DNA from: the human T2T-CHM13v2.0 reference genome, Homo sapiens
Reading direction: 5' to 3' (one strand)
NCBI RefSeq assembly: GCF_009914755.1
Contig: NC_060927.1
DNA length: 64,000 nucleotides
The number at the start of each line of letters is the position of its first letter. Within the stretch, counting starts at the first letter, position 1. Shown piece by piece: positions 1-13,757 of the stretch. The translations under genes were made by a program, and so were the position numbers. The notes beneath the pieces were generated by a model. That model made no database searches. It was not told the DNA's origin and saw only the letters and a program-made list of their open reading frames with translations.

Positions 1-204
1 AAATATGACAGGCTTCTGGATAATAATTTAAAATAAAGTACTGTCTATCTTGAATCAAATAATGAATAACTTAAAAAGTCAAATTAAAATTTTTTTGTAA
101 GACCTATATTTCTTGCACAAAATCAGGAAGATATAAACAAAGAGATTGTTTCTATACCCATCACTAACCAGTATTACAGAAGGCACTAAATGTTAAAGTG
201 GTTG

Positions 205-410
205 AAAGTTTCAAATTCAAACAAATCTTGATTCTGTCACTTACCAGTAATATGATTTTGAACAGATTTCCTCATATTTTTTTAATGCCCAGTTTCCTCA
301 TCTCTAAGATGGGAGTGACTACATGCAGTTGTGAGAATTAAAGGCGATCATCTCAGAACGGGGCCTAACACTCAGAATGTCCTCAATATATTGTTGGTGG
401 TGACGATGAT
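205..410 (+). mobile_element. MIR SINE fragment
   Basis: MIR core-like 'ctgtcacttaccag...cagtttcctcatctctaagatggga...gttgtgagaattaaa'; boundaries approximate. Confidence 0.7.
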
Positions 411-1073
411 AAGTAGCTCTCAGCTAAGACTGAAATCTTTTGATTGCTCTTGTATTGTCCACGTTTAAACAGCAGACAGATACTTCAATTCAGCCTCTAC
501 AATATCTCTCACATCTGTGCTTTCTTTTCAGTCCCACCCTTCTCCCCTAAATCAGGTACTATTCAAATGAGAAAACTTTGAATTTTGCTTTGTGTGAGCA
601 CTTTGTAAATTACAACACACCATAGAATTTTAAACATTTTATTGAAACTTACCAGAACGATAGTAACTAATTAACTGGTATTCTACCTACCAGTCATTAC
701 ACATCCTAATCCATTCTTAATGGTGCTGGCAGAGGTACCCTTTAAAGCCTATATTTTCAGATTACAACTTTACTCAAAACACTTCTATGGCCACCGGGAT
801 CAGCACAGTGGATAATGTTCTATTGAACGTGGCCATTGTTTTTTGTTATTACCTCATCTTCTAATATTTTCCTCAAATCTCTCCAGCATCTTATTCTCCA
901 GCGTGCAAAAAGATGCCATTCCTTGAATTTGTTCTAATTTTTCTTGACTTATATAACTAGTCAACTCTTTAGTTAATTGGACAAATATTAATTGAGGAGT
1001 TTTTCATATGTCCCCTCTCTCTACCAAAAGGTTTCTCTATTCCACTATTTCTATCCCCCAAATTCCACCTTTA

Positions 1074-1352
<279 letters not shown>

Positions 1353-2429
1353 CAAATTCCACCTTTAAATTTTCTTTAATTTCGCTTTCTCAGATCTCTT
1401 TGGTGGGAATCAATCTCTCCCTCGCCTGTTTTCCATTTTTTAGAATATATTCACATTCATCCTTCTACCTTAGTTTTTCATTCACAACATAATCTGAGAG
1501 GCCTGGGCAAGAATCAGGTTGCCGTGTTCTCTACAATGCTGAGTAGAGCATCTTTCGCAAGATAGGTGCTAATTCATGAGAGGAAATATTGTCTTTTTCT
1601 CTATAGATGTATTTACTAATACTAAGCTGCAGTTAAAAAAATACAGGAATAAAAAATAGAGCAACAGCTGGATTTAAAAAAAAAATCCCCAAACCCATAG
1701 GGGATAGAGATTGGCTTTGATGCCTCCTTCTCTTTTTTTAAATGTATTTCTCTTAAGCTGTATATTCCTTTGATATTTATTTTAACCAGAATTCAGTAGG
1801 ATAGAAGTGTTAGGTGAAGGTCATGGATAAAAGATGGAGGGAGAAACAAAGTTTCTCCCCAGGCCAAAAGCGTCACTGTGGACCAACATCTGAAATGTTT
1901 CACAAAGTCCCATAACAAATCCCCATTGTCATTCAGCAACTGCAACAAAGTGCATACATAACTCACTGACTTTTTTTTTCCCTCTTTTTGTCATTTGATG
2001 GCAACCTGTACTAACCTGACCTGGCCAGTTTAATATTCAGAGTAAGGAGAAAAGTCATCACAGAACAAAATAAAACTTTATCAATGAACATTCTTCTCAT
2101 TTTCTGCATCCTAACTTTACCCCAATATTTTATGGTTCTCTCTAGACCTAACCTGCTTTTCCAGGTGAGATGTTGAAAATAGAAGGTCAGAGTTGTAAAA
2201 TATTTTCTTGGCTTCCAACGCCAGAAATATGCAGGTTTATGAATGTCTACTATGTCTATCAAACAGGTAACATTTTGAGGACTACTTCAGGCTTTTCAAA
2301 TGTTTTTTCATCCTTCATGTAAGTCACAGGACACTGCTGTGAACTGTGTCGATGATATAGTTGGGTGGGTCATTTAGGGGCCACAGTGTTGATGGCTGTG
2401 GACAAGAAACTGTTATAAACTTGCCATAC

Positions 2430-2652
2430 CTTTGATAGAGTAATAATTTGGATAAATAGCACTGTCCTTTTAAAGATGTTTAAATCCAGCTAGAGGCACC
2501 TGTTTTTCTAAATGAATGAAATTGGTCAGCAGCTAAAGTTGAATCTCAACTGGACCTATGAACAATGAAAATTAGTCAGTTTTTACTGTGAGGAATGCAT
2601 GATCTTAGTATCTCCTGTTTTGGATCCCAATTTAAACATAAGAATAGATGGA
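2430..2652 (-). other. Candidate non-coding exon (223 nt)
   Basis: Minus-strand acceptor 'ctttctttttttcag|T' and donor 'AAG|GTATGG'; splice signals only, no transcript evidence. Confidence 0.25.
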
Positions 2653-3472
2653 CTGAAAAAAAGAAAGTATGTTCACTCTCAAATTCACAATTATGCTGAG
2701 GAAAACAAGTAAGTTTGTAAATGTTCTATTGCCTGACTGACAAACTAAATCAAAGTGGAGAAAGCACCGCCCTTTTTTCCATGGATCAAAATATTATTCT
2801 GGTCTCCTTGTTTCCTGAAATGGCCCTACAATTATGGCTTCATTCTCATGACATCATATGAGGCTTACTTTGCATCAGACCGGGAAGAGATTTGTATTAA
2901 GTGCTATTTCTGTGATTGACTCTTCTCCTTTAATTTAAAGGTGCATTAAACACGATTTACAAGGATATTCAAATCACGTAGGTTTTCCTTTAAAGTTTTC
3001 CACTTGATAGAACAGAGGATATCATAGCTACATTGCTGTTTCTACTGAATCCACTATTTCAGACAGATATTGCCTGAAAACCTGCTGCTAGCTATAAAAT
3101 GAATAAAATATCAATGCTGAGCTACAACCTGCACACCAGATGTAACCATGCTTCTTTGGAAACTATGCCCACCAACAGGAGCTATGTGAGAAATTGGCCC
3201 TGAGCTCTTTCAGCCTCATAGACAGGACTCTAATTAGCACACTGATAAATACTTCAATGACTAACAGACAGAATAAGCATTCTGCAGTCTAATTTATACC
3301 ATTCTCTGGTAGGGAATGATAAACTACACTGCTGATACCAGGGATTCATGAAAGTAATAATAACATTAACCAAATTCTATATACAAAATAATCTTATTAC
3401 ACCTCAACCTTGACTATCCCTGCAAATCATGAACAGAGATAATATGGACACATGCAGCTTGTAGATACTCAC

Positions 3473-3526
3473 CTCATGTAAACTTTTAGGTTCAGATTCC
3501 TTGACTATTTATCCCTTTACTAAAAC
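3473..3526 (-). other. Candidate non-coding exon (54 nt)
   Basis: Minus-strand 'cgttaacctattttgttttatatttcag|G' (branch-like TTAAC at about -23) and donor 'GAG|GTGAGT'; stop codons in all three frames. Confidence 0.45.
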
Positions 3527-3671
3527 CTGAAATATAAAACAAAATAGGTTAACGTGTCTAGGCTTTACTGTAATTCCCTTCTGCCTACCCTTACTGAAAC
3601 GCTTTTGCATATTCAGGAATAAGCCCATTTTGAACCAGAAAAAACAGGTTAATTTTACTGATACTTCCTTA

Positions 3672-4190
3672 TATTAGGCTCTTTCAGTTGACAAAGAACA
3701 AAAAGGTAAACAAGTTTTTTTTTTTTTCTTCAGATAATGTTAGTTTTGATCAGGATTCACACAGAAGAACCAGGAAACATTGAAAAAGGCCTCAGCATGC
3801 ACATAATCAGATCTCATGGAGAACTGGAACTCAATAAGAATTCAAGCTACTCTAGATGCCCAACAACAATTCTGGCAGTAAATTATTCCCCCAACTCAGT
3901 TTCAATCTCTCTCTATAATTCTTCTTCTACTTCTCTTTCTACTATTGACTGAGACTTGAGCTAACCGGCTTCTGTTTTAGCAGTTATTCCTGTATTATGG
4001 CTCTTGTTTACTGAAAACCTTTCATGACTTTTCTTCTGTGCGGCCATGTCGTCTGAGTCTCTCTATTCTTTGTATCCAAGTTCTTCAAGAAAAACCGTCT
4101 AGTCGGGCAAATAATTATAGTACAGCATAGAGTACCTACAATGAATGGATGTCTAAGTTTAGGACATACCTCAAAGGCTGTGTAGGTCAT
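3672..4190 (-). mobile_element. Possible highly diverged MLT1 (MaLR) LTR
   Basis: Starts 'tattaggctctttcagttgacaaagaacaaaaa', resembling the reverse complement of an MLT1J/K 3' end; right boundary uncertain. Confidence 0.35.
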
Positions 4191-4590
4191 TGTAGAGTTG
4201 AGTGCCTTTGGTGTTGGTATAATGTGGTCTAAAGCTTAGTCACATAGGCATTAGAATCTAGCATCTTTGGTTATGTAAAAGTCACTTATTTCTTTTATGA
4301 GCATTGAATTGTGAGTAGACAATTCAAGCAAGTTAATGAGTGATATGAACGAAAGAAATGACTAAGAGAAGGAGGAAGAAGAAGAGCAGGAACAAGTGGC
4401 TTGGGAAAAGTTTATTAAAGTAATACTTGGCATGCTTTTTATGTTTTATTTGAAACTGACAATAATATAACTTTCTAGGAAGAATTATTTTTTAGCTCTT
4501 GAAGAAACCAAGGTATTAAAATTGTCAATCACATTGCCAACCAAAAATATAGCATATAATAATCAAAATTAGAAATGTGATAATAGGTAG

Positions 4591-4909
<319 letters not shown>

Positions 4910-4969
4910 TCATTTGCTTGCCCTTCCACTCCAGAGGAAGTCAGGTATAACTACCCTGGGATCTCATAA

Positions 4970-5090
4970 TTGAATCATCATAAGAGTATATAAGATCTTT
5001 TTTCTCAAACCTCTTATTTTGCATTTGAAGATTAAGGCTAAGTAAATGGTCCAAGATCTCACAGCTAATTAGTGCTTAGGTGCTGCACCA
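4970..5090 (-). mobile_element. MIR/MIR3 fragment
   Basis: 'caaacctcttattttgcatttgaagattaaggct...ccaagatctcacagctaattagtg'. Confidence 0.5.
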
Positions 5091-6644
5091 CATTATAAGG
5101 GACAAGTTTAATGGTCTTGGAAAACATTTCCCCACCACTAGATTCTATGTTTTGTCTAGGACACTGTGAGCAGCATTTCTGTGTGCATCTAGGGGAATCC
5201 TACCACTTTCAAGTGATTACTTCATTACTTAAAACCCTCAATCAACAGATCAAAGAAAGATTACAGAAGTCATTCAATTTCCTGACAAATGGCTGAGATA
5301 GCTATTTTCCTTTGGGTTTGAATGCTCAGATTCATTTATTCCTCCATGCTGTTTTTGTGATACTAAAGGAACTTTAAATTATGCCCTTTTATATTTTTTT
5401 CAGAGGATTTTGTATCAGTGTTAAACACAGCACCAGCATCAATACCACTCATAATTATTCTTTTTTTTCTTCTGTCAGTATACTTCAAACACCATATGTG
5501 AGGCTTTGCAAAGACACGGGCAGGGCCTTCGTCCAGGAATCAGCAGCACTGACTGAAGATGTCACATCTTCTGATTGCCCATTATTACAGAAATTGTAAT
5601 TCATGTCCTCCCAATTACAATCTTGTAATTTTACCTTCCACAGAGATTATATCCAATATATCACAATAAGCCTGTCATTTAGAGCACAAGAAATTAAATC
5701 AGGCTGAGAAATCCTGGAGTGTAAATTATGTCCATTTAGGTATTTTACAGGTGCCCTGCTGAAGAGATAGATGTCTTAACTCTCTCCAGTTCATCCTTTT
5801 TTCATTCCTATGGCAGTGATTCCAGGCCCTTGAGAAAACAAAGCCAGTCATTCTACCTGATTTTTGGGCACAATCCTAGAGTAAAAATAATATTATTTTC
5901 CATATCATTTCCTGACACCTCAAGCTGGGCAGAAGAGTAGGGCTTCGAGAGTTGAAAAGAAGCAGTATTAGAACCTCATTGCCAGGGAAAAAAAAAACAA
6001 TCTAAACCTGTTAGAAAATAAAACAACAACAACGACAAAAAACCGTTTCACCCACCAACTGACCACTCCTGCAAGCAGCAGAGTTTAAAGTGCTTCAGAG
6101 AGCCATGCTAAGTTTGCAACAGTAAATTACTGGATTCAACTAAATTGTTGGTGTTCAGAGTCTCAGAGTAATCCCCTAGTCTCAGTCTTGCTTCACTTAC
6201 TTTCATATTTTCGGTAAGTTATGGCCAACAATCACCTAATATGTTTTGACTGTCAAACTTTTATGCAATTGGTAATGATCCTTCCAAAATGGTTTCTGTG
6301 ACCAGTGAAGCTTTCTCCCATAAACCATAGACTCAGAAAGGAAACTGGAGATGACCAAGGCATTTCGTGTTTGCATTTGTATTCATTTGTGTACAGACCC
6401 ACAATTCCTAATGGTGCATCCTTTCATTCTCTAAATGTCACTCTTAAATGCTATAGTAATGCATTTGATTCTGAATAATACCAAGGCATTAAAAATAAAA
6501 CTCTTTTCCTTGTCATAGCATGGAATATAATTATATCAACTGTAGTCAGTTAAGAATAAAGACATGGAGTTAGAAGGTCTAAAACCTAGGGACTAAGCCC
6601 ATCTCTATCTCTATTCTACCCTTGTGGTAAGAAGACTGTAATAT

Positions 6645-8273
6645 TGATATGGTTTCTCCATGCCCCCACCAAAATCTCATCTTGAATTGTAGTTCCCATA
6701 ATCCTTATGTGTCATGGGAGGGACCCAGTCAGAGGTAATTGAATCATGGGAGCAGTTACCTCCATGCTGCTGTTTTTGTAATAGTGAGTGAGTTCTCATG
6801 AGATCTGATGGTTGACACATTTGCAGTCTGACAATGTAGTAGAAAAGAAATTTTTCAGGGGAGAAATTCAAGCTGGTTGCAGAAATTTGCATAAGTAACA
6901 AGGAGCCAAATGCTAATTGCCAAAACAATGGGGAAAATGTCTCCAGGGCGTGTCACAGACCTTTGAGGCAACCCCTCCCATGACAGGCCCAGAGGCCTAG
7001 GAGGGAAAAATGATTTCCTGGGCTGGGTCCAGGGTCCCCCTACTGTGTGCAGCCTCGGCCCCTGCATCTAGCTGCTCCAGCAGTGGCTACAAGGGGCCAA
7101 GGTACAGTTCAGACCATTGCTTCAGACAGTGCATGCCCCAAGCCTTGGAAGTTTCCATGTGGTTTTGGTCCTGTGGGTACATAGAAGAAAAGAATTGAGG
7201 TTTGGAGACCTCCACATAGATTTCAGAGGATGTAGGGAAATGCATGGATGTCCAGGTGGAGATGTGCTACTGGGTGGAGCCCTCATGGAGAACCTATGCT
7301 AGGGCAGTGCAGAAGGGAAATGTGTGGTTGGAGCCCCCACACAGAGTCCCCACTGGAACACTGCCTAGTGGAGCTGTGAGAAGAGGGCCACCATCCTCCA
7401 GACCCCAGAATGGTAGATCCACCAACAGCTTGCACCATGCACCTGGAAAATCCTCAGACAATGGCAACCCATGAAAGCAGCTGGGAGAGACACTGTACCC
7501 TACAAAGCCACAGGGGTGGAGCTGCCTGAGGCCATGGGAGCCCACCTCTTTCATCAGCGTGATGTGAATGTGAGACATAGAGTCAAAGGAGATCATTTTG
7601 GAATTTTAAGGTTTAATGACTTCCCTATTTGATTTCAGACTTTCATGGGGCCTATAACCCCTTTGTTTTGGCCAATTTCTCCTGTTTGGAACAGGTGCAT
7701 TTATGAATGCTTTTACCCCCGTGGTATCTAGGAAATAACTAACTTGCTTTTGATTTTACATGCTCATAGACAGAAGGGACTTGCTTTGTCTGAAATGAGA
7801 TCTTGGACTTGGACTTAGGGTTAATGCTAGAATGAGCTAAGACTTTGGAAGACTGTTGGGAAGACATGATTGTATTTTGAAATGTGAGAAGAACATGAGA
7901 TTTGGAAAGGGCCAGGGGTGGAATGATATGATTTGTCTGTATTCCCACTCAAATCTCATCTTGAACTGTAGTCATGGGAGGGACCCAGTGAGAGGCAATT
8001 GAATCATGGGGGTAATTACCCTCATGCTGCTGTTTTCATGATAGTGAGTGAGTTCTCATGAGTCCTGATAGTTTTGTAATGAGCTTCTCCCCCTTTGCTC
8101 AGCACTTCTCTCTCCTGTCTCCATGTGAAGAAGGATGTGTTTGCTTCACATGATTGTAACTTTCCTGAGGCCTCCTCAGCTGTGCAGATTGTGAGCCAAT
8201 TTAAACCTCTCTCCTTTATAAATTACAATTTATAGATTATTTCCCTATAGCAGTATGAGAATGGACTAATACA
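6645..8273 (+). mobile_element. THE1 (THE1C/D-like) MaLR provirus: truncated 5' LTR (6645-~6812), partial internal region, 3' LTR (7924-8273)
   Basis: LTRs begin tgatatg and the 3' LTR ends ggactaataca; THE1-int 'gcagaaatttgcataagtaacaaggagcc', 'gagcccccacacagagtccccactgg'; 5-bp TSD aatat at 6640-6644 and 8274-8278. Confidence 0.95.
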
Positions 8274-8544
8274 AATATTTAATAGGGGTAGCACTACTCA
8301 TCAGTGAGTAGTCCAGTAAGGCAATGTTTTTCAGGGAAGCAATAATGGTCAGTGGAAACCAGTGATGGGGAATCTGAAAAGCAAGAAGGCAGGGATTCAG
8401 CCTTGATCACTTGGATCATCAGGCAAGAAGGTATTTCTCACAAGCCAAGGTTCATGGACAAAATTTTCCTCAGGAAGATGTGGACTTGGTGGCAGGATTG
8501 TTTGAAGTGAATTTGTGCCAAAGAATGGACTGTGATAGTAATTG

Positions 8545-8750
8545 TAATAATAATAATGCCAGCATCATTGAAAGCTGGCAGATTTAAAATTTCTACTAGA
8601 TGCCAAGTGCTTTGCTAAACATTCTTTCATGAACTAGTTAATTTTCCCACCAATTCTGTGGCTATTGTTATTGATATTCCAAAAATAAGGAGATTAAGGT
8701 CTAGAGAAGAGACTTGATCAAATTCACACTACTCGTTTGCACTTTTTCCC
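8545..8750 (-). mobile_element. MIR fragment
   Basis: 'tactagatgccaagtgctttgctaaac...aataaggagattaaggtctagagaag...acttgatcaaattcacact'. Confidence 0.55.
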
Positions 8751-8752
8751 AC

Positions 8753-8960
8753 TGTTTCAAGTATCTTCTATTGGCTTTGTGGATACACTCTGCATCCTTC
8801 TCCACCTTACTCTTGCTGACAGGAGGAGATTAGAGGGGAGTTAGGAGAAGGAAGGAGGGGAATGAGATCAAAGTATATATTCAGCCACATCACTCCCTAA
8901 AGGTTCATTTCAGGCTGCCCAAGTCTCTTCTCTCGGAGTGTCTAATACTTCAGCACATGA
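8753..8960. mobile_element. LTR33-like (ERVL) fragment
   Basis: 'catccttctccaccttactct...caggaggagattagagggg...gagatcaaagtatatattc' resembles LTR33 as recalled. Confidence 0.4.
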
Positions 8961-10084
8961 TGGGGATACAGTCTCCAGCTCATGTAAAATGCCTAGTTGT
9001 CATACTGTAGTAAGAGTAGAGATATAGCTAACTATAAGGAGGCTTGAGGAAGATATCCAGAATGCAGGGCAAAACCTTCTTGAATCTCGTTTGCCTATGA
9101 TTACAGACCTGGTTGAGCTGAATCTGCATTGCAGATGAAGTCAACAGGCTTCATCTGTGAAGCCAGCAGAGCCTCGTGGACCCAGGTAAGACTCAATAGT
9201 CATTATTCCTCTTATTTTTTTGGCATTGTGAGAGTTTAATTCTTTTAGTAGGGAAAAAAAACAAATTTTCCTCTTCTTAATCATTCTTGTATCTAATTGT
9301 TGCGATATCATCATAATACAATGTGGTTTCTCCTAGGAACTTTGAAATGAGGAAAATCTATTTGTTCTGTTCGCTATGAGAGTCACATTTTTACATCAAT
9401 AGAGCTACACAAAGGAGTCTAGCTTCCAGTCCTACAAGACTTGATATAATCCAATGAAATATATTAACAAAGACTATTTTTAAAATGAATGAATCTATCA
9501 AAAAAAAGTACTAAGAACCTCCAGAAAAAATAAAAAGGATTAGGGAGGTAAACAGGAAAGACCCATGCTGGCACAGTCTGGTGAGTGGAGAAGACCTTTG
9601 GCCAATGACTTTGACTATATCTGCTCTTTTATCAAAATTATCCTTTATAGGAGATGGTGGTTTTATTTGAATGTCCAATTTTCAATTGTATTTTCATCCA
9701 ACAACATTTTATTATAATTGGATTTCCCATATATTTTGTTTTCAGGGATATAATGCATTGGATAGAAATGAGGAAATTGAATCAAATAGATTTTATACTA
9801 AAATTAATCAGTTGTCACTCATATTAGTCATCAGTTTTGCGTGTAGTTAATGTGAATCTGTGTCTGAGAGACGGATCACTTTATTTGTGCTGACAAATAA
9901 GGCTTCACATTCTTCAAGGGTAAGGGCCAGATTTTCTGTCTTAGAAAAATTATTAAGTTAATGTCATCCTGAAAAACATCTTGGGAGGAGAATATGCTGG
10001 CATGCCACAGAGGATGAAGAGGGAATACCTCCCCTCTACAATACTCTGGATTTTGGCATTTTATTTATTTTTTAAAAAATATTA

Positions 10085-10200
10085 AATATTTCAAATGTGT
10101 CAGGCACTTTGCTTTGTACCAGTGACATTAGTAACATAATGTTGATTAAGACACAGTCCTGGCCACCAAGGAGCTTAGAGTCTAGTGAGGTAACAAGCAA
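10085..10200 (-). mobile_element. L2 3' fragment
   Basis: 'atgtgtcaggcactttgct...taagacacagtcctggccaccaaggagcttagagtctagtg'. Confidence 0.7.
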
Positions 10201-10629
10201 GAAAAGCTTCTTTTGTCCTAATTTCGACTCAACTGTGATTGCAAACACAAATTTAGATGCATGAGATGCTCTGAGACCTGTGTGGATAAGTTGCTTAGAG
10301 AAACACCTCTTGGTTCATAAAAAATGCTTGTTTGACAAGCTTCTTTTGTAACTAGTATCTAGTTTTGCAGAATATAAGATCCATCTCTACCTGCTTCCTT
10401 AGACTTGAATTTCCAGAACTTGCCAGGTTTCCTGGACACCTAACCTGGGACTGGGAATTAGTTCCCACCTCGTTCTTTCCACAGCTGAGCATTATCCTTG
10501 CCTTCTCCTATACTCAGGCCATAGCAGATCCACAGATATTCTCTTTTCCTTGAGAATAGGCCAGAATAATATTTTAACTTTCATCTTATTATTATTGTTA
10601 TGTGAAAATAAAAAAAATTGTTTTTCTTA

Positions 10630-10930
10630 ATGATTCCATTCATTAATCCATCCTTTTCATTAATCCATTCATTCATTCCATTAATTAATCCAATCTATGC
10701 TCTTTGATACCTGGTATGAGCAAGATTCATCAGTCCTTTCCCTTTACTGCTTTATTCTAGAAAAAAGAGATAAGCCACATATTATAATTGTATGCAAGGT
10801 ATTTGTACAAAGTTCCGTGTGAGAATGTTGGGGCATTAAGGTGTTTGTGGAATAGGTAGCATTGAGACAGATCCTGAAGGGCAAAACATGCTTTAAAGGC
10901 AGAGACAGAAATAACTCAGTAAAAGGCAAC
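10630..10930 (-). mobile_element. L2 3' fragment
   Basis: (CATT)n-like antisense tail followed by degenerate L2 body. Confidence 0.5.
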
Positions 10931-11254
10931 TGTAGTTATAAGGAAGAGGAAAGAATGTTATTCTTGAAGCTCCTATTTCAGCTCTTCCAATTATCATCTA
11001 TCTATATAACCTTAGAAAGGTCAATTTATGTCTTTAAAGTTGGCATTTTTCATCATGAGTAAAATGTGATTAAAAATTCACATCATCGTAAGAATTACAT
11101 GTAACAACATATGTTAAAGTTTCACGGAAACTTTTGGTGCTGTGAGATTAAATTGTATACCATCGTTCATCATAAAATGAATGGAATGCTCAAGGGAGTA
11201 GTGGGATGTATCCTAGGAACTGCAGGTGTTTGGGCCATGAATTCTGTTTAGATA

Positions 11255-11440
11255 TTTATACCCTTTCTCATTTGAGTGACCTTAGAAAAGTGACTTATCT
11301 ATTTTTTTAATTTTCTGTAATTATTCAGCTGAAAAATGGGAATACTCTTTTTTCACTTCCTAGTATTATAGAGACACTGTAATTACTAAAATTAGATTAT
11401 ATTATAAAATGCAATGAGCTTTTGGAAGAGAAGAGGTCAT
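11255..11440 (+). mobile_element. MIR fragment
   Basis: 'tgagtgaccttagaaaagtgactta...cagctgaaaaatgggaata'. Confidence 0.55.
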
Positions 11441-13436
11441 GTAAATAAGCTCAACTAAGTACATGTTTCAGCAAAGAAATACCACTGTAAAAAGAAAAAA
11501 GGTTCATTTTAATGTGCTACTTTTTCTTCTACTTGGAAAATAGGAAATGCCTGACAAAGTTCTGGAAACGGCGGCAGGCTAAGAAAATGCATTAAAAATT
11601 TGATATCTAGTAGGTGACTGTCACTCTTTAAAAATTAATTGTCAGCTTGGTTTTTAAAAATTGCTGCATTCCAATACTTGATTCTGCTTAATTACCACCA
11701 CAGCCATTTGGGGGTCTGGGCATAAATTTTATTTTAACAAAAAGCATCAGCCTTATTTGGGAATGACTTTTATTTCAAAACTGAATTCCTAATGCAAATG
11801 TCTGAAAGAAGCCTCTATAAAACCCAACGGCATGCACAGGAGTTATGTCTTCATAACGTAAACACAGCCTAAAATTGCAGTAAATATATAAACATAAGAA
11901 TTTTAGAACAGTCATTTGTAAATGATCACATAATTTCTAATGCTTCATCCTTTTGTTTTCTAAAAGCTGAATTTAAATTCTGCTTAATCTGTTTTGGTGA
12001 CGGTTGGGGGTGTTGTGTGACACCTACAGAAGAAGTATTTTCTTCAGTATTGCCATTATGAGTAACATCTTGGTATATAAAAAATGCCATGAGCAATGCT
12101 AATTTCAAAGGCTTCTGAGCCAACATCAACATTGCTGACACCATGGCATTATGTATACCAAACCTAATCACTCTAGTAATATGATGCCTCAGTAAATCTG
12201 TGAACATTAACATACAGTCCCATCAGCTTAGCACTGCCTCATGCTACAGTATATTCACACAGAAACACGCTGGTTCCGGAGCAGAACAGCTCATGCATAA
12301 ATATGTACAATGTAGCTGTCTATTAGTCATAAACACTGCTAATATGATACTTTTTTCAATCTTACCTATCCCGAAGATTTTGTAAATGCCATTTCAAAAA
12401 CAAAAGCATCCATTTTGAAAAAGATGATTTGCTTTCTTCACGACATGAGACATACACCCTGACTTTAGAAAATATTAGCAATTCAATTTTAAATGTATAA
12501 ACAAATTAACAAAGTGGTAATTATTTCCTTTCTAGCATGATTACTTGCATGGAGGAGGAAATCCCTGTAAAACTCAAAGTTTCTTTGGAAACATGTATAA
12601 AATAAGATTTATTCATGAGTATTCAGAAACATGAAAACATTGGCACCAGGAGTCTTCCAACCGGTTTGGTAACAATAAAAGGCATGCAATATACACACCT
12701 AGAATTCTTGAAAATCTAAAATAATTCATCCTTGCTTTGTTCAAGTTGTCAATGGATGAGAAGACAGATATATACTAGCATAGAAATAGATAATCATAAT
12801 AAAACAAAAAATGAATAAGCAACAATTGTGATGCTCACAAAGAATTTAACAGTGTTCTGATCTTTGGATCACAAGGCAACGCAAATAAAAATCAACTGAA
12901 TACATGTTTTCCTCAAGGAGTCAACATTTCTTGTAGAATCTAACGGGATAGAGCCCACTAAATGTATTTTTTGGGACCAAGTCATCTTTGAAGGGATTTT
13001 CTGCTATGTTCTGAAGCTGATGTATTCCTGCTTTGACAAAGCTCTTTCTCATTCTGGACCTTTCAGTAGGGAAACTCTCCCCATTCTCAAATTCTAATTC
13101 CGCATTGCAACACAGGATGAGTTAAGAAATTTTTCCAACGCCAGACACAAGAAGTAGCAGCACTGAAGCAATTCTCCTGGCATAAAAGGCAAAGTGAATC
13201 TTTGATGCTTTTGGTAAAGTCCCTAGGTGATGGTATTTATAAAACATTTGAAGCATAAGAATTTCATGAATTTCTAGGGCACTTAATTGTGCTATAAACG
13301 GTGAAACTAGCATCAAATTATATTTAGGTTGCTGATTAGGCAACTTTGGTAATTAATTTCTGGAAAGAAAACACTTTACAATAAAGCAATCTATAACTAA
13401 GTAATGTTATATTTAGGCTAGTAATAGGAAACTTTC

Positions 13437-13757
<321 letters not shown>

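Noticed and set aside
6677-7948. Cluster of overlapping ORFs
   Set aside because: Fragments of THE1 internal/LTR sequence with frameshifts.
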